Position numbers and translations under genes: made by a program. Below, in pieces: positions 1 through 10,753 of a stretch of DNA of 18,146 bases (its first letter is position 1; each line of letters starts with the position of its first letter). The notes below the pieces were generated by a model that saw only the letters and a program-made list of their open reading frames with translations, was not told the DNA's origin and searched no databases. This DNA is from Azolla caroliniana (Eukaryota > Plantae > Polypodiophyta), in contig JBHGNT010000662.1 of assembly GCA_043228905.1 (NCBI GenBank), forward strand, positions 1 to 18,146, written 5' to 3'.

Positions 1-399
1 GCATGTTGTGCGAAATGCGGAATAGTTGATGAAGAAAACAAAGAAAAATGAAATTTTCATCAGAAAATCATGTAAAGATCACCTAAAGACCAACCAATTT
101 TAATCCTGACAAACAAAGAAAGGGGTATCTTATCCAGAAGTAAGGGGGAAATCATTGGCAAAATTCCTAAATGCCAAACAATAAAAAAAGGAATTACAAA
201 TGCACTGAAATGTCAAAGAAATGAAATAAGTTTCATAAAAACTCCACCATAAAATCATCTCTAATAAAATACAAATTAGAATTAATTTTTCATCCGAAAG
301 ATCCAAACTAACTAACTAATTGAAAAGAAAATATTTTCGTCTTAAAAGACCAAACAAGAATAAAACAAAATGCACACTAGAAGCCGAAGGACGGAATTT

Positions 400-990
400 C
401 TAATCATCAAAGGCCAAAAAAAAAAGAAAGAGAAGAAATACGAACGAAATTAAGAGGAGGAAGGATCATACCCGGAGTGCAGCAAAAGGAAAGGAACAGA
501 ACCAGATTCGAGCGAGGGAACTAGAGAAAGAGTCTCTCCTGAAACAGACGCTGCTGCGATGACCGAGAGAGGAACAGAATTTGACGCGTAGTGTAGCTCT
601 ATATCTTCCCTGCTCGACATGGCTCGTCCTGCACGAGAAGGACAGAAGAAGAAAATGATTCAAACATAAAAAACACTTCAACAGATAGGTGTCGTAATGG
701 TGATGGTGATTAAGGAGAAGACAGAAGAAGAAATGACAGAAAAAACAAAGAGTAAATCAAAATGCAGAAGTCAAGATCAGAAAATAATAAATACTTCAAA
801 GAAAATTTCGGAGAAAATGGAGGGGGGAAGCATGAAATTTGAGAGATCCGAGACTGTTGAGAGGGGTAGCTTACCACGTCAAGCAGAAGAAGAATCTATG
901 GCGATGAAAAAGAAGAAGAAAAAGAAGAAGAATCTCTTGTGATGAAGAAGACATAAAACCTTATACAAGAGGGTAAGTAAATATTATATT
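400..990 (-). other. Possible 5' leader (CT-rich UTR with introns) of a host gene extending left of the window
   Basis: The minus strand is strongly pyrimidine-rich with (TTC)n-like runs near 905-950. Donor-like GTAAGC (about 874) and GTATGA (about 471) are present, with T-rich intron-like sequence toward position 1. Confidence 0.3.
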
Positions 991-2588
991 TCCCAAGGTA
1001 CCCCTGAGTATTTCTTTGGTCCCAAGAAGTGTCATGCTAAGACGTCCCAATGGGTGGGATGGCACACATTCACACCTGCCACGTTTGTTTGGGCAAGGGC
1101 AGACTCGAGCCTGTGTGTTTGTGTATGTGGATTTCTATGATCAATCCTAACTACAAGCATCATGAAGACAAATAATGTATTGTTGTCAGTAGGATCATCC
1201 CAATCCCCTAACTTAGAACCTTCGCTTGAAAATGTCCCCATCAATGATTACCTCAATGACAAACTTAATGATTTCTAATCGGTACTTAACCAAGGACTTT
1301 ATGTCTTTGAGTAAAGCCTACTTGAAAGGTTGACATCAACCAATTTGTTCACCCCCCAGTGTTGGGAGTGGAGTTGGTATGTCATAATCCCATCAAGACA
1401 CGTATTCCATAAAGGATTTCAAACCCCCCAAAATATGTGGATAGAGTTTTAATTAGGAATGCTAGTGCAGTCGATCAATTGTCAAATGGGAGCATACCTT
1501 CCAATTGTGTCAAGATCACCAAAATGTATTATGCGTCATTTAACCTACAGATTGTAGCTCATAGATTGTGGAGAAAAGTGGTTATAAATAAACAAATTCC
1601 CAAAGAGATGGTTTAACTTCAAAATAATGTTTACGAGTACCTTTGTTCCTCTAGATGAGCATAGTAGTGTTGTGAGATTATCCATTGTATATACCTGACT
1701 ATTTGCAAGTACATGAATTTGCTTTAGAATATAAAGGCTCTCTATGAACCATGAGTTTATTTATAAAGAGAAATGTACTACGCTTGTTAAGCTATTGAGA
1801 TGGCTTTGGTACATGAGAACCTCAAGGATTCTATTAACTAAGTCATTGACATAAGGAAAACATTGGATACAACAATTCCTTGTATGCTTGGTTGTTTGGG
1901 TTAAATACCAATTCTAAGAGTTGTCCAAAGAGAAAGACAAAGTAGTTTTGACCCCCAAGGTTGTAGGATTAGACCCAATGATCAAGGATAAGCTTGAGCA
2001 CGCACCCATTGTACCACCTTCGTCTTCATGAAACCTCTTATATATACGTTGAATTCATGAAACATCTTATATATTAGCAAATATACGTTGAATTCATCTT
2101 TTGAGTTTTTCTTTTCTCCTTAGTGCCACGAGTTTCTATACATGTTGTTTGAGTGATTATATTGTCGATGCATCCCATTTTCTTGATATTTAAGTGATTG
2201 ACTTAGGATTCCACCAAGGATGTTTGATTAGATAACAAAAAACTATATGTGCATTTTCAAACAAAAATTCTTTTTGATATTTTTTTGTTTATTTATTGAG
2301 AATTGACGAAGTACTCCGATTTCTCTTGAATCTCTCAAATTAATCCTCATATTCTAAAATATGCCAGACTATCATCCTTTTTTTGAAACCCTAGAAATAA
2401 TGCTCTATAATCTCCACCCACAACTCTCGGTTTAATTTTGGGGAAATAGGGAAGTGATTATTGAGGGAGATATTAGTCCTTAATTAACTCTTCTATCACT
2501 ACATATTTCCAATAAAAGAAGATAGTTAAATTAAGATTAGTTTTCATTAGATGTGTAAGTCTTAAATTACTAATGAAAACATTCAAAA

Positions 2589-3449
2589 TGTTAGGAAACA
2601 GGTTCCTCTGGATGGGAAGGAAAGCAGGAGTTGGAGAGAAGAGTAAACCGAATTGGTCGAAGGCGAATCAGGGCTATATTTGTAAATAGCCCGTATTGTG
2701 TATGAGTATAAATACACTTACGGCAAATCATTATGGTACGTATGAATCATTACTGTGTAGGAGAGAGCGAGAGAGTAGTAACTTTGTTGTAACCATCTGT
2801 GGACGAAGTAGAAGTCAAGGTTGTTGCCATGTAGTTTATTATTGTACATTCCTCTTACCTATAGTGATATAGTTTGGAGTTTGTGGACTCTCGTGGTTTT
2901 TCCCTATCAGGGTTTCCACGTTAAAAATACTTGTGTCTCTGTACTTTAATTTTCTATCTTTCTGTTTTTTGTCATTTCGATCTTTGCACGCTCGTATGCA
3001 CGTATATCAACCAGTTGTGGCCGGTAATATCAAACTGGTATCAGAGCGAGATGGATGAACATTTTGGTGGAATGTTCAAGTTAACCGTCTCCAAATACTC
3101 TGTGTGGAAGTCAAAGATGCAAGATATGAGACCTTTGGCTGTCGATGCAGTTTGAAAATGATAAATCAGACAAGATTGATGCATCGATTTGGGAGGTGAT
3201 GCATTTGAAGATGACGACGTATATAAGATGTTTTATAGACATGAGTCTATACAACAACTTCAACAAAGAGACCAAGGCAGACGTCATGTGGAAGAAGATT
3301 GGCATAATATTTGAGAACAAAAATGTCGTCAACAAAGTATTAGTCTTTTGAAAGATCATAAGATTGAGGTATCAGGATGACTCAAGCATGACGGAGCACC
3401 TTAACGCCTTCCAAGGACTAATCAACCAAACCACCTCTCTAGAAGTATC
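2589..3449 (+). mobile_element. Truncated Ty1/copia element: 5' LTR (about 2589-3032), tRNA-iMet PBS and gag remnant
   Basis: TATAAATA at 2707 and the copia-type LTR motif GTGGTTTTTCCC..AGGGTTTCCACGT. The LTR ends in CA at 3032 and PBS TGGTATCAGAGC follows at 3036-3047. The LTR 5' end is approximate. Confidence 0.85.
3051..3449 (+). pseudogene. gag: copia gag (UBN2-type) fragment
   Basis: MFKLTVSKYSVWKSKMQDM, a frameshift, then IRCFIDMSLYNNFNKETKADVMWKKI...NKVLVF*KIIRLRYQDDSSMTEHLNAFQGLINQ. The reading is cut off at 3449. Confidence 0.85.
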
Positions 3450-4958
3450 TGCCATGAATACATAAACATCATAGCTTAACCCAAGACCTTATAATACATA
3501 ATCAAGAACCCAACCATTAAGATAGCCTATAACCATATAAGATAATAAATCTACTTCTTGTAATACACTGATTATTGTAAATACTCTGGAACATTCTAGA
3601 ACATTCTAGAATATCCTCGAACATCTTAGAATATTTTAGGTCTAGAACATTCTAGAACATTATAGAAAGCCCTAGGCTATTCTATAGGAACCTATAAATA
3701 GGGGCATACATGTATTCTCAAATCAATTCGAATCAACACCAATTTTAAGCTCTCATCGCCTATTGTGTATCCATTCTCATTCTACTTTAATACATTCATT
3801 CTTCTCTTCTCTTCTACTTTAATTCTTGTTTCATGGATAGAGATTTTGCCCAAAAACATCAAATGTCCTTGCATACCCTTCCTTGCCCGGTTTTTGTAGT
3901 AGTGATTGATGGACGTCCCATAGCTTCCGTGAAGATAATCGAAGAGTCTGAGCCAATACACATACTCTTAGGTGATTTAGGATGTGTAGTTTTGTTTAAG
4001 ATAATATGTAACCTTGAGCATCCAATTGTCCTTGGTTTGCCATGGTTTCAGCCACATAACCCAAGAATCGATTGGAGGAGGCGAGAAATTTGGTGCCCTT
4101 CATAAGAAAACATCATTGCTAAGGATCGAACCCAAGATTCTTCCCTTAAAGAATATAGTTCTACCCCTGCACCATCTCCTTTTCATCAAATATCAACCAT
4201 TACATTGCAACAATTGTCCCAAGTGGGAGGAAAGGAGGAACTTTTTTAATTTGGAGTATCATTGACACCTTCTAGTGCCACTCAAGGGAATTCAAACATC
4301 AAAATTCCCAAAAAATATCAAGAATATGCTGATGTCTTTGATAAAGTCAAAGCTAGTGTACTTCCAAAGCATCGGCCGTACGATTGTCCCATTGATCTTC
4401 AACCAAGAAAAGAGTAATCATGGGGTTTGATCTACAATCTATCACCAACTGAGCTTGAGTTTCTTCGAGAATACATCGAGGAGAATCTTGCCCATGGGTT
4501 CATTCGACATTCAAAGTTTCTAGCTGGTGCTCCCATATTTTTTGTGAAGGAAACAGACGGTTTGTTTCATTTGGTCGTGGACTATCTCCAGTCTTTTAGA
4601 GCGCATTGGTGGGGCAAAGCATTCATACAAATATCAAATTAAGGGGTGCATATAATCTAGTTCAAATTCGACCAGGAGATGAGTGGAAAATTGCATTTCG
4701 CACTCGGTATGGTCATTTAGAGTATATAGTCATGCCTTTCGGACTCACAAATGCACCCGCAGTTTTCCAACACATGACAAATGACATTTTTCGAGATTTT
4801 CTGGATATCTTTCTCATCATCTATTTAGATGATCTATTGATTTACTCAAAAACACAAGAGGAGCATGATATGCGTGTCCGGAAAGTACTTGAACGCTTAA
4901 GAAAGTATGGTATGTATGTCAAACTTGAGAAGTAACACGTTCGCATTCACAAGTGGAA
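3450..4958 (+). mobile_element. Internally deleted Ty3/gypsy fragment (LTR part + protease + RT), chromovirus/Tcn1-like, nested in the copia gag
   Basis: Starts TGCCATG, with TCTAGAACAT repeats (about 3585-3666) and TATA CTATAAATAGG (3692-3702). It jumps to the protease C-part (CFMDRDFA..VIDGRPI..IVLGLPWFQPHNPRIDW), then RT ([55 protein letters not shown]). The clade is inferred from RT style only. Confidence 0.85.
3833..4958 (+). pseudogene. pol: gypsy pol fragment (protease/RT) with stops and deletions
   Basis: ORFs 3833-4105, 4427-4642 and 4606-4935 carry PR and RT motifs, including YLDD. Confidence 0.9.
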
Positions 4959-5312
4959 GGATTGCGCATTCCACTTGTAGAATCTTCTTAAAACGAAGCA
5001 AATACACCCTCTCTACAAAAATTGGATGCACTAGTATCACATGTTCCTCAACTTGATGAGAATTTGCAAATATAAAAATACATGATAGATCTATGAGTGG
5101 AGATCATTAGAAATCATGCAAGTTTAGACACGTTGATAAGTTAATGTAGGCATAATAAAGTTCAACTATGGCTCAATATGTCACTACTGTGCGACAAGGG
5201 AAACACTAACTTAAAGACTTATATTAATTAGGTAAGTTTTACAAAAATATCAGGTGTACTTGTATCCATACTAATAAAATGAGTTATAATTTATACTTTG
5301 ACCCATACGTGC

Positions 5313-5587
5313 ATGTATGTAATTGTGGAAAATGTAGGATAGTGCACATTAGGATAAGTGATTGGAATAACTAACTTATTAAAGTATTCAATACTTGTAT
5401 TTAAAGTTGATCTAATCTATTCCTCAGTTTGTTCATATGGGATCAAACCATATGTATATAATTGTGGACAATGTAAGGCAGTGAACTTTAGGATAATGTC
5501 GTGGAAATAACAAACCTATTAGGCTTTCATACCTGTATTTAAAATTGATCTACTCTATTGCTTAGGTGATTCACACAGGATCAAACT
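5313..5587. repeat. Degenerate tandem duplication, about 139 bp x2
   Basis: AATTGTGGA..AATGTA..TTAGGATAA..TGTATTTAAA.TTGATCTA.TCTATT..GGATCAAAC occurs from about 5321 and again from about 5460. Confidence 0.75.
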
Positions 5588-5979
5588 CCGAATGATAACG
5601 CAACTGGAACCATTATCAACACAATACACAATCTAAGCAACAATGGAATAGAAACATAATAGTTTTAACAATAGAAGACAAAGATCCATAATAACAACAT
5701 GGACAATCATGGCAACAATTATAGGGCCATGTTCTGTTAAGGTTAGCTTGGACCAAAATCAGCCTCAATTTAAACTAATTCATGTTTCTCCATAAATTTG
5801 GTAGTCAGTTATGCACGCGGTGAAACCAATGTCATAAATCTACTAACCAAGTATATAAAAATAAAATTGAAACATATAGAAGATTATAAAGAATAGAATC
5901 CACTAGGTAAAACCCAAAATTTGTATTAATAATGTGAAATCCTAACAAATCGTCAGTGTCATTTTCTTCATAGAGTCTA

Positions 5980-7269
5980 TTACATAGCAATCAATTCATC
6001 AACGTCATTTTCTTCATCATCTTGTGTAGAACTCTCTTCGGCTATACGTGCATTGGTTTCCCCTGTTAGCCGAGCCAACGAAATATCTTCTATAAGCTCA
6101 TCATCAAGCTCTATTAGCTCCCCCGGTTCGCCGGCTAACGGAGGAATAGGCTCTCGCGAAGCAGGTTGAAACCTTGCTGTATTAGTGAGGTTCTTTGCAC
6201 CGACCTCCTCATCCTGGTCTGGGCACTCCCACAAAGCCTTAATCCGCATATTAATAAATATAACCTGGTTCTCGTCCTTCTCCAATGCAACTGTATTTCT
6301 AAAAAGCTTCAATGCACATGCAGACGTCGTTCTTGTGATGTAAGTAACAAGAAGATTTAGTTGTCAAACGAAAAAAAAGGGATTGGTTATCTCAAGATCG
6401 TTACCCTAGTTCGAGGAATACCTGTGCCAGAAAAGAGATCTAATATCCAGTCTCCTTCGATAGAAAACATCTTGATCAAGCACATCATAAGTCGTTGAGG
6501 TTTTTGGTATAGGTTGACAAGTCCCCATTCTGTCGTGGTGACATGTCGCAATTTCCGTGTCATTGCTGGATATACCAACAGATTTGAACCTCCCACTTCA
6601 TCAGAATGCTCCTTGATTCTCTGTTTCTTAATTTCATCGAAGTAGCCAACCATGATGTATTCAATGGCATTAACGAACCGAAAAGTTGGTCCTCTATTTA
6701 CATTGGTCTTGATCCTATAAAAAATAATACATCGAGTTAAGAATAGATTGAACAACCTTAAGAAATGCAATATAGTGAAAGACACCTATAAATAATCCTT
6801 ACCATGCAAGGTTCTCAATGCCATGGCAACGAGATCTCAAAGCTTGAGCTACCGAGTACCCTTAGTCCATAGTATGAAAGACAACTATTCGCCACAAGGA
6901 TGCAGTCGTTAGCTCAGTGAAATCCTTGACCATCTTCTCCAATTGTTTAAACCTAAACGGTTCATCGTCGTATGATGACCCATCCATTCGAAATCTGTAA
7001 GGAATATCCGCAATCATTAGCGTATATTCCTTCTTTGGCACCTTTTGGATCAAGTCGACGACATCACCGCAAACCACATTGTAGTAAAGATCTCTCGTAA
7101 TATCTTTTTTGTGGCTAAATTTTTTAAAGGAGCCATCTTCCTCCATTTCGTACGCCTTGACTAAGCGACGATCCTTTTCTTTTCTGGCTCGCTCGAGATG
7201 TGCAAGGAAGGATGTAGGGAAATCGTGTATATCCTTAACTTCTCCTTGTTTCTTGCCTCGACACGGTTT
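5980..7269 (-). pseudogene. Exons 4-6: N6_N4 DNA methyltransferase catalytic domain (beta-class motif order) with an acidic tail
   Basis: The motif IV-like DIPY (7008-6997) precedes the SAM-binding motif I, ILDLFSGTG|TT (about 6445-6325). ORFs 6862-7146, 6387-6785 and 5980-6312 are joined by 88- and 89-nt introns. Confidence 0.85.
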
Positions 7270-7567
7270 CTAATAGAAGCAATAGGACATCAGGTATTAT
7301 TATACAAGCTCTACATATGATGAAAGGGTAATGAAAAACCATAAATACTAACCCAATCCTTGAATGCAATAAAATACTCTGATAATGCCTTATATGAAGA
7401 CGTTAGAGGATAATCCTCGGTCACTTGTTCCCAAGTTATACATCCAAGTTGTTTCATCATAACTTCTTGGATCTTCATGTACACCTTATGACTGTAAAAT
7501 TAGAAATCAAGATTAGAACTTTGAATTACACCAGATAGACTACAATTTCAGTATTTGAAAGACTTAC

Positions 7568-9205
7568 TTATTGAACTCAGTGACCATTTATTCAAGGCTT
7601 AAATCTTTCGCCACAACCCTTGACAAAACAGACACAAAAAGCTGCTCGTCCTTAATACCTTGCATCGCTCTCCACAGAGACAGCTTCATGTCGTCTGCCG
7701 CTTCTTCAATTGTCAAGTCAATTTTCTTGGTGGCTTGTGACTTTAACTCTAGTTGAGGGTCAACCTTACATTTCTTTTGTCGTTGACCCTTTACCTCCTT
7801 ATTCTCCCACATTGAGAAGATTTCATCTTGTAGGTCCCATACTTCTCCATCTCTAAACGCCAATTGAAACCAAGACTCATATTTTCGAAGACCATCGGAC
7901 TTAACATTATCATCTACCACAATGCCGACTTCATGGAGACATTGACGTCGTAGGCCTGGATGTAACTTCACACCAAACTTTTGTTTCACGTCTAAATACT
8001 CGTGGTGGAAGAACCGTATACGCTCAATGGACGACATTTTCTGCCTATAGTCATTATCATTATTATGGTCCCATGCCAACAGCTTAGCCTCTTCGGTTGT
8101 GAGCCCAACATAAATTTTGCACTCGGCATACTTGAAGAAGAAAGTCGTTGGATGTTCTCTCACAAGTTGTCGACGTGCCTCTGCTGAATGCGATCCACCA
8201 ATGACAAAATAATTATATTGATCATGCTTTCTAATATCAAAATCTTCAATGGTTTCACATTCTTCAGGATCTACCATAACAATAAATGGCACCACAGTGG
8301 CATGAGGATTAATTTTCATTTTTTTCTTGAGATTTTGAACATGCATGCGGTGTGGCTCTCTAATCTCAAGCGGTTGTCGACCTGTTTTTTCATCAATAGG
8401 GGGCCGATGGATGTGTGTTATAGGCAAATTAAACACTTGCCCTTTCCTGACCAGTTTACGTTGCATTAACTCTCTCCTTATCTTATTCTGCTCGGATGAC
8501 AAAACACCCGATGCCAGCTCAGCTCCTAGCGTCCCCTTATTATCCTCCTCTTCGTTTTCACTTGTTGAATCGGTGTCCTACATTTTGGTTGTCTTCTTCT
8601 TTGGTGGTCTTGACTGGACTTTGGATACCCTTTTTGTGGCCTTCAATGGGGAGGGCACTTCATCTCTTAGAGTTACATGGCCTTGTATATAAGGCCTCAA
8701 GGTAACAATAAGGTTTTGTGAGCTTTCAAGATCTTTTTTGAACGCTTCTGGCCCAGAAGATTCCTTTACTAAAAGGTCTTCTGAAAGGAACACTTTACGT
8801 ACCCCCTTGGAGCACTCTATAATTACCAGTATGTTGGCCAAATCTGCATCTTCGTAGTCAAATCGTAGAATACGGCCATACATAAATGGGGTTTCCTTTC
8901 CAAGCTGCCCCTCCCCCTTCTTCTTTGTTGTATACAATACGACTTTTTTCTTTGAGTCGACATATTGCATACACCATTCCTTGTCCGTTAGATCACGGTC
9001 AGCAAGGTCTTCACCTCCAGTAGCGGCGACAAGTTTCTTTTGGCTAACATCAATATGTGGCTGAGATTTTATCTCCTCGTTGAAGAGAAGCTTTTTTCCT
9101 CTCTTCATGGTCTCAGGAGCTACCTTGGTCTGGGTTTCGATTGGAGAACCCTGTATGCGAAGCTTTATTTTCTTCACGGGTCGGTCCGGCAGGTTCTCAA
9201 ACGAC
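7568..9205 (-). pseudogene. Exon 2: Lys-rich N-terminal region, acidic linker and ParB/Sulfiredoxin-like domain (about 8439-8014)
   Basis: ORFs 8578-9303 and 7588-8502 are in the same frame and are joined through a TAG by DTDSTSENEEEDNKGTLGAELASGVL. The pattern LPITHIHRPP..IREP..HVQNLKKKM..PFIVMV..YFVIGGSHS..EAKLLAWDHN..R..MSSIERIR follows the ParB N-terminal fold consensus. The acceptor taaatag ends at 9206 and the donor GTAAGT starts at 7567. Confidence 0.75.
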
Positions 9206-9716
9206 CTATTTAAGAAAGTATATGCAAAAACATAAGTTAGGTGGTCACGTAGATTAAGGTTGTATATTAAAATATAAATATGAAGATGAAGAACAGTTCT
9301 CACTAGCAGGCGATTAGTGGTGAAGTGAAAATATCAATCATGCATTCAGAGTACATGGTAGTCCTATATTCAAAAATCTATTCTAGGCAGGGCTATTCAA
9401 ACTAGAAAATATATATCGTAATAAGTAAACAAGGTTATATATTCTTTTAAAGAGTAGGTATGACTTATATAGATTCCAAACCTATATTGAGGAGAATTTG
9501 CTATCATAAAGGCAATTTGTGGATCATTTTCTACTATTTTAAGCTATAGTAGGTCATAAAACACCTATAATTAGGGCATGCTTTTTTTTTTTAAAGTAAG
9601 GCAAGTCAACATAAAAAAGACTGATTTTGACAGACAATTTGATATCTTTTCCACACAATAATTAATTGTTACCCCAAAAACACAATTTTTCTCTTTCAGA
9701 GCCTTCTTTTATACAG

Positions 9717-10089
9717 GAACTCGATACGGCGTATCGAGTTCCCGTTTAAAGTTTAGGTTTTAAATGGGAACTCGATATGTCGTATCGAGTTCGTGTTTAA
9801 AACCTAAACTTTAAACGGGAACTCGATACGCCGTATCGAGTTCCTGTGCTTTCTTTGCTTTTTAAATAGGAACTCGATACGGCGTATCAAGTTCGTGTTT
9901 AAAACCTAAACTTTAAACGGGAACTCGATACGCCGTATCGAGTTCGTGTTTAAAAAGCAAAGAAAGCATACGAACTCGATACGCCGTATCGAGTTCCCGT
10001 TTAAAGTTTAGGTTTTAAACACGAACTCGATACGGCGTATCGAGTCCCTGTTTAAAACCTACACTTTAAACAGGAACTCGATACGCCGT
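9717..10089. repeat. Palindromic repeat array, left part (units 1-7 and the first part of unit 8)
   Basis: The 25-bp palindrome GAACTCGATACG-N-CGTATCGAGTTC starts at 9717, 9768, 9819, 9870, 9921, 9972, 10023 and 10074. All spacers are 26 bp (period 51). Confidence 0.97.
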
Positions 10090-10710
10090 TGTCGTGAAGA
10101 GAATCGGTGCGCCAGAGCATAGGAACCTGCTCTTCATGCACGTACGCCTTATGTTGTACATAAGAGAGAATTAGGGACATAGAAGATCCTAGGTAGGTAG
10201 ATTCGGTAGGTAGGAAGTTAATAGGAAACGACTCCTTCCTTGCCTATAAAAGGAGGGAGACGAGAAGGGGGAAAGGGATCGCGAAATCAGAGAGGACGAA
10301 GTGTTGTCGGGCTGTCGGTCGAAGGCTTCTCTCTCTTCCATACTCTCCATAGCTTCTTTCTGTGCAGGTTTCGTGAGGCTCGCGCTGCTCTGAGGAATGC
10401 CCGAGTGCTTCCGGCAGCACCTCCAACCTACTCTTTCCTTTCTGCGCGTTTGCGAACAGGCATCAGCATCTGTTCGCCGGCCTGTTCGGTTGTAACCGAC
10501 TTCGTGTCTTGTTGTTTGTCTTTGTTAATACATACATACATTCGTGTCTCTCTGTGTCGCTGTCCCACTCGCGTCTTTGTGTCGAAGGGCCGTGTCCCTG
10601 TGAATCTACGCTCGCACATAGTGGGTCTCTTCTCCTTTCTCTCTTGCTCTTAGGTACAGGACCCCCGAGGTCCCGCCTCATTCCACGCATCCGCGAGGAA
10701 TACCTCGACA
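10090..10710 (+). repeat. 5' LTR (621 bp)
   Basis: TG...CA termini and a TATA-like CCTATAAAAGG near 10243. Versus the 3' LTR there are about 11 substitutions (counted by eye) and a 16-bp deletion near the 5' end. Confidence 0.97.
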
Positions 10711-10713
10711 TCT

Positions 10714-10731
10714 TGGTGAACCTGACGTGAA
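10714..10731 (+). promoter_or_regulatory. Primer-binding site complementary to the tRNA-Trp 3' end
   Basis: TGGTGAACCTGACGTGAA starts 3 nt after the LTR. It matches the complement of the plant cytosolic tRNA-Trp 3' end (TGGTGAACCCGACGTGAA, recalled from memory) with one C>T mismatch. Confidence 0.8.
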
Positions 10732-10753
10732 GGAGGCGGCAGAAGAGCAGAAG

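Noticed and set aside
697-942. Lys/Glu-rich 81-aa ORF
   Set aside because: It arises from low-complexity GA-rich sequence and has no domain signal.
1000-2200. Possible decayed coding or TE remnant
   Set aside because: There are short stop-free patches but no motif I can assign.
4949-4982. Helitron 3' terminus
   Set aside because: The hairpin is not GC-rich, there is no properly spaced CTRR end, and the window contains no Rep/helicase.
5980-9303. Bacterial or phage contamination, or an operon of five separate genes
   Set aside because: The ORF pieces are joined by phase-consistent introns and in-frame stops into one gene with a TATA box, embedded among plant LTR elements. The ORF-track N-termini (MRTVLHL..., MSFTILH...) are intron sequence.
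9730-9775. Literal FRT or other vector recombination site
   Set aside because: There is only superficial GTTCC...GGAAC similarity. The arms and core differ from FRT and loxP, and no vector sequence is present.
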